DNA of 64,000 nucleotides from Eledone cirrhosa (lineage: Eukaryota). This document shows positions 62,557 through 64,000 of the stretch, piece by piece. The stretch's first letter is position 1; the number at the start of each line of letters is the position of its first letter. The stretch covers positions 40,920,001 to 40,984,000 of the forward strand of contig OZ024744.1 in assembly GCA_964016885.1 (NCBI GenBank), read 5' to 3'. The position numbers and the translations under genes are program-made. Below the pieces are notes generated by a model, which made no database searches, was not told where the DNA came from, and worked only from the letters and a program-made list of their open reading frames with translations.

Positions 62557-62774
62557 ATAATAATAATAATAGTAATACTGGTGCTACTGCCTCAGCTGCT
62601 GCTAGTGTTAGTAATAACAACACCAACAACAGCAACAACAGTAGCAGCAAAAACTACAACAGCAGCTACAGCAGCAACACTAATAGGATGTATGAAGATA
62701 ATTATATCAATAATGGGATAATATTCACCCACTCAATATTTAAAGATTGGGAGATATATGAAGGTGTGGTTTTG

Positions 62775-62807
62775 AGAGAGAGAGGAGGGGAGGAAGGAAG
62801 GAAGGAA

Positions 62808-62865
<58 letters not shown>

Positions 62866-63260
62866 AAAAAAGAAAAAAGAAAAAAAGAAAAAAAGAAAAA
62901 AGAAAAAAAGAAAAAAGAAAAAAAGAAAAAAAGAAAAAAAAGAAAGAAAAAAAGAAAAAAGAAAAAAAGAAAAAAAGAAAAAAAGAAAAAAAGAAAAAAA
63001 GAAAAAAAGAAAAAAAGAAAAAAAGAAAAAAAGAAAAAAAGAAAAAAAGAAAAAAAGAAAAAAAAGAAAAAAAGAAAAAAAGAAAAAAAGAAAAAGAAAA
63101 TAGAAAGAGGGGAAGGAAATATATATATAAAAGAGAGAATGACAGAAAGACAGATGGAAATAAATAAATAAATAAAGAGAGAAAGAAAGCTAGATAGAAA
63201 GAAGGAAAGAAAAACAAAGATATAAAGAGGGAAAGAGAAAGAAAAAACAAGAAAAACGCA
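62775..63260. repeat. Polypurine low-complexity tract (GGAA, GAAA, GAAAAAAA repeats)
   Basis: Directly visible. The Lys/Phe-rich ORFs here are artefacts. Confidence 0.95.
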
Positions 63261-63604
63261 TAATTTCAAAGAATTGCATCGAACTTCAAATGAGAAACAA
63301 ATGTTTCAAGAGAATTCTCTCACAGAGAGACAAATTGGCATCCCCATATATAATTATATATATTTCTCATTATATAGAACAATATGGTAAACTGATAACA
63401 AGATAGAAGTTCTTTCTATCGCAAAGGAAATCTCATTCAAAGACTATAACTGTTTGGTTCTCTTTCGAAATATAATAGAGTATAACTACTTCAATTTGAT
63501 AAGAATTCCTCTCTCTTACTATCTCTCTCTTTCTTTCTCTCTCCTTCTTTTATATATGTGGAAGATGGATGTTAAATGATAATGATGATACATTCATATA
63601 TATA

Positions 63605-63679
<75 letters not shown>

Positions 63680-63681
<2 letters not shown>

Positions 63682-64000
63682 TGGCTGCCAACTCGTTTTC
63701 GAGTACGGCCACTACTTTATATCCATGTAGGAGAACCCCTACCAATGCGCTGAACGAGTGTGACTTTTTAGTCCAGCCAGCGACTTGAAAACTCTGGTAC
63801 AAACACTACACTTGTGACAATTATTGACACATAGTGCTGGGCCCATGGTACCATGTGACGACAAGTGCAGAGAGATCTCCAGATATAAAGCAATGCCTGT
63901 GCCGTGAAGCTTTTATAGTGAGCAAAGGCACTGCACAAAGCCAGTCCCACTCTCTTAACCAAGATGATATTTACCAAAAAGAAGAACAAGTCAACATCAT
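63680..64000 (+). mobile_element. Possible 5'UTR and start of an RTE-type LINE running off the window
   Basis: GC-richer sequence begins abruptly after (TA)n with a 5' hairpin (ggtggctg..cggccact) and ends in ATG-IFTKKKNKSTS. The resemblance to RTE leaders is from recollection only. Confidence 0.3.

Noticed and set aside
62688-63269. Lys-rich and Phe/Ser-rich ORFs of 159-182 aa
   Set aside because: They are translations of a polypurine simple repeat.

Overview
Eukaryotic, AT- and microsatellite-rich animal DNA made almost entirely of transposable elements. An octopod cephalopod source is my inference from the SINE and microsatellite content. No complete host gene is visible. The left half (1-30.4 kb) holds decayed Tx1, CRE, CR1-like and RTE LINEs, two non-autonomous Helitrons, a DD37D Tc1/mariner, MITEs, tRNA-derived SINEs and a 29-bp minisatellite. 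It also holds two non-coding tandem/pseudo-LTR elements, one with a near-canonical type I hammerhead ribozyme (4972-5051, minus strand). The right half (30.5-62.6 kb) is an array of nine non-nested non-LTR retrotransposons of two unrelated clades, each bounded by (TAA)n. The four R4/Dong-type (REL endonuclease) elements are all on +, and the five Tx1-type (APE endonuclease) elements are all on -. Shared cis-motifs are visible within each clade: 3'UTR hairpins in both, and a GGTAAGT donor-like motif plus pyrimidine tract before Tx1 ORF2. Two Tx1 copies have near-identical ORF2 but swapped ORF1/5'UTR modules. All family calls come from reading motifs by eye; no database search was run.
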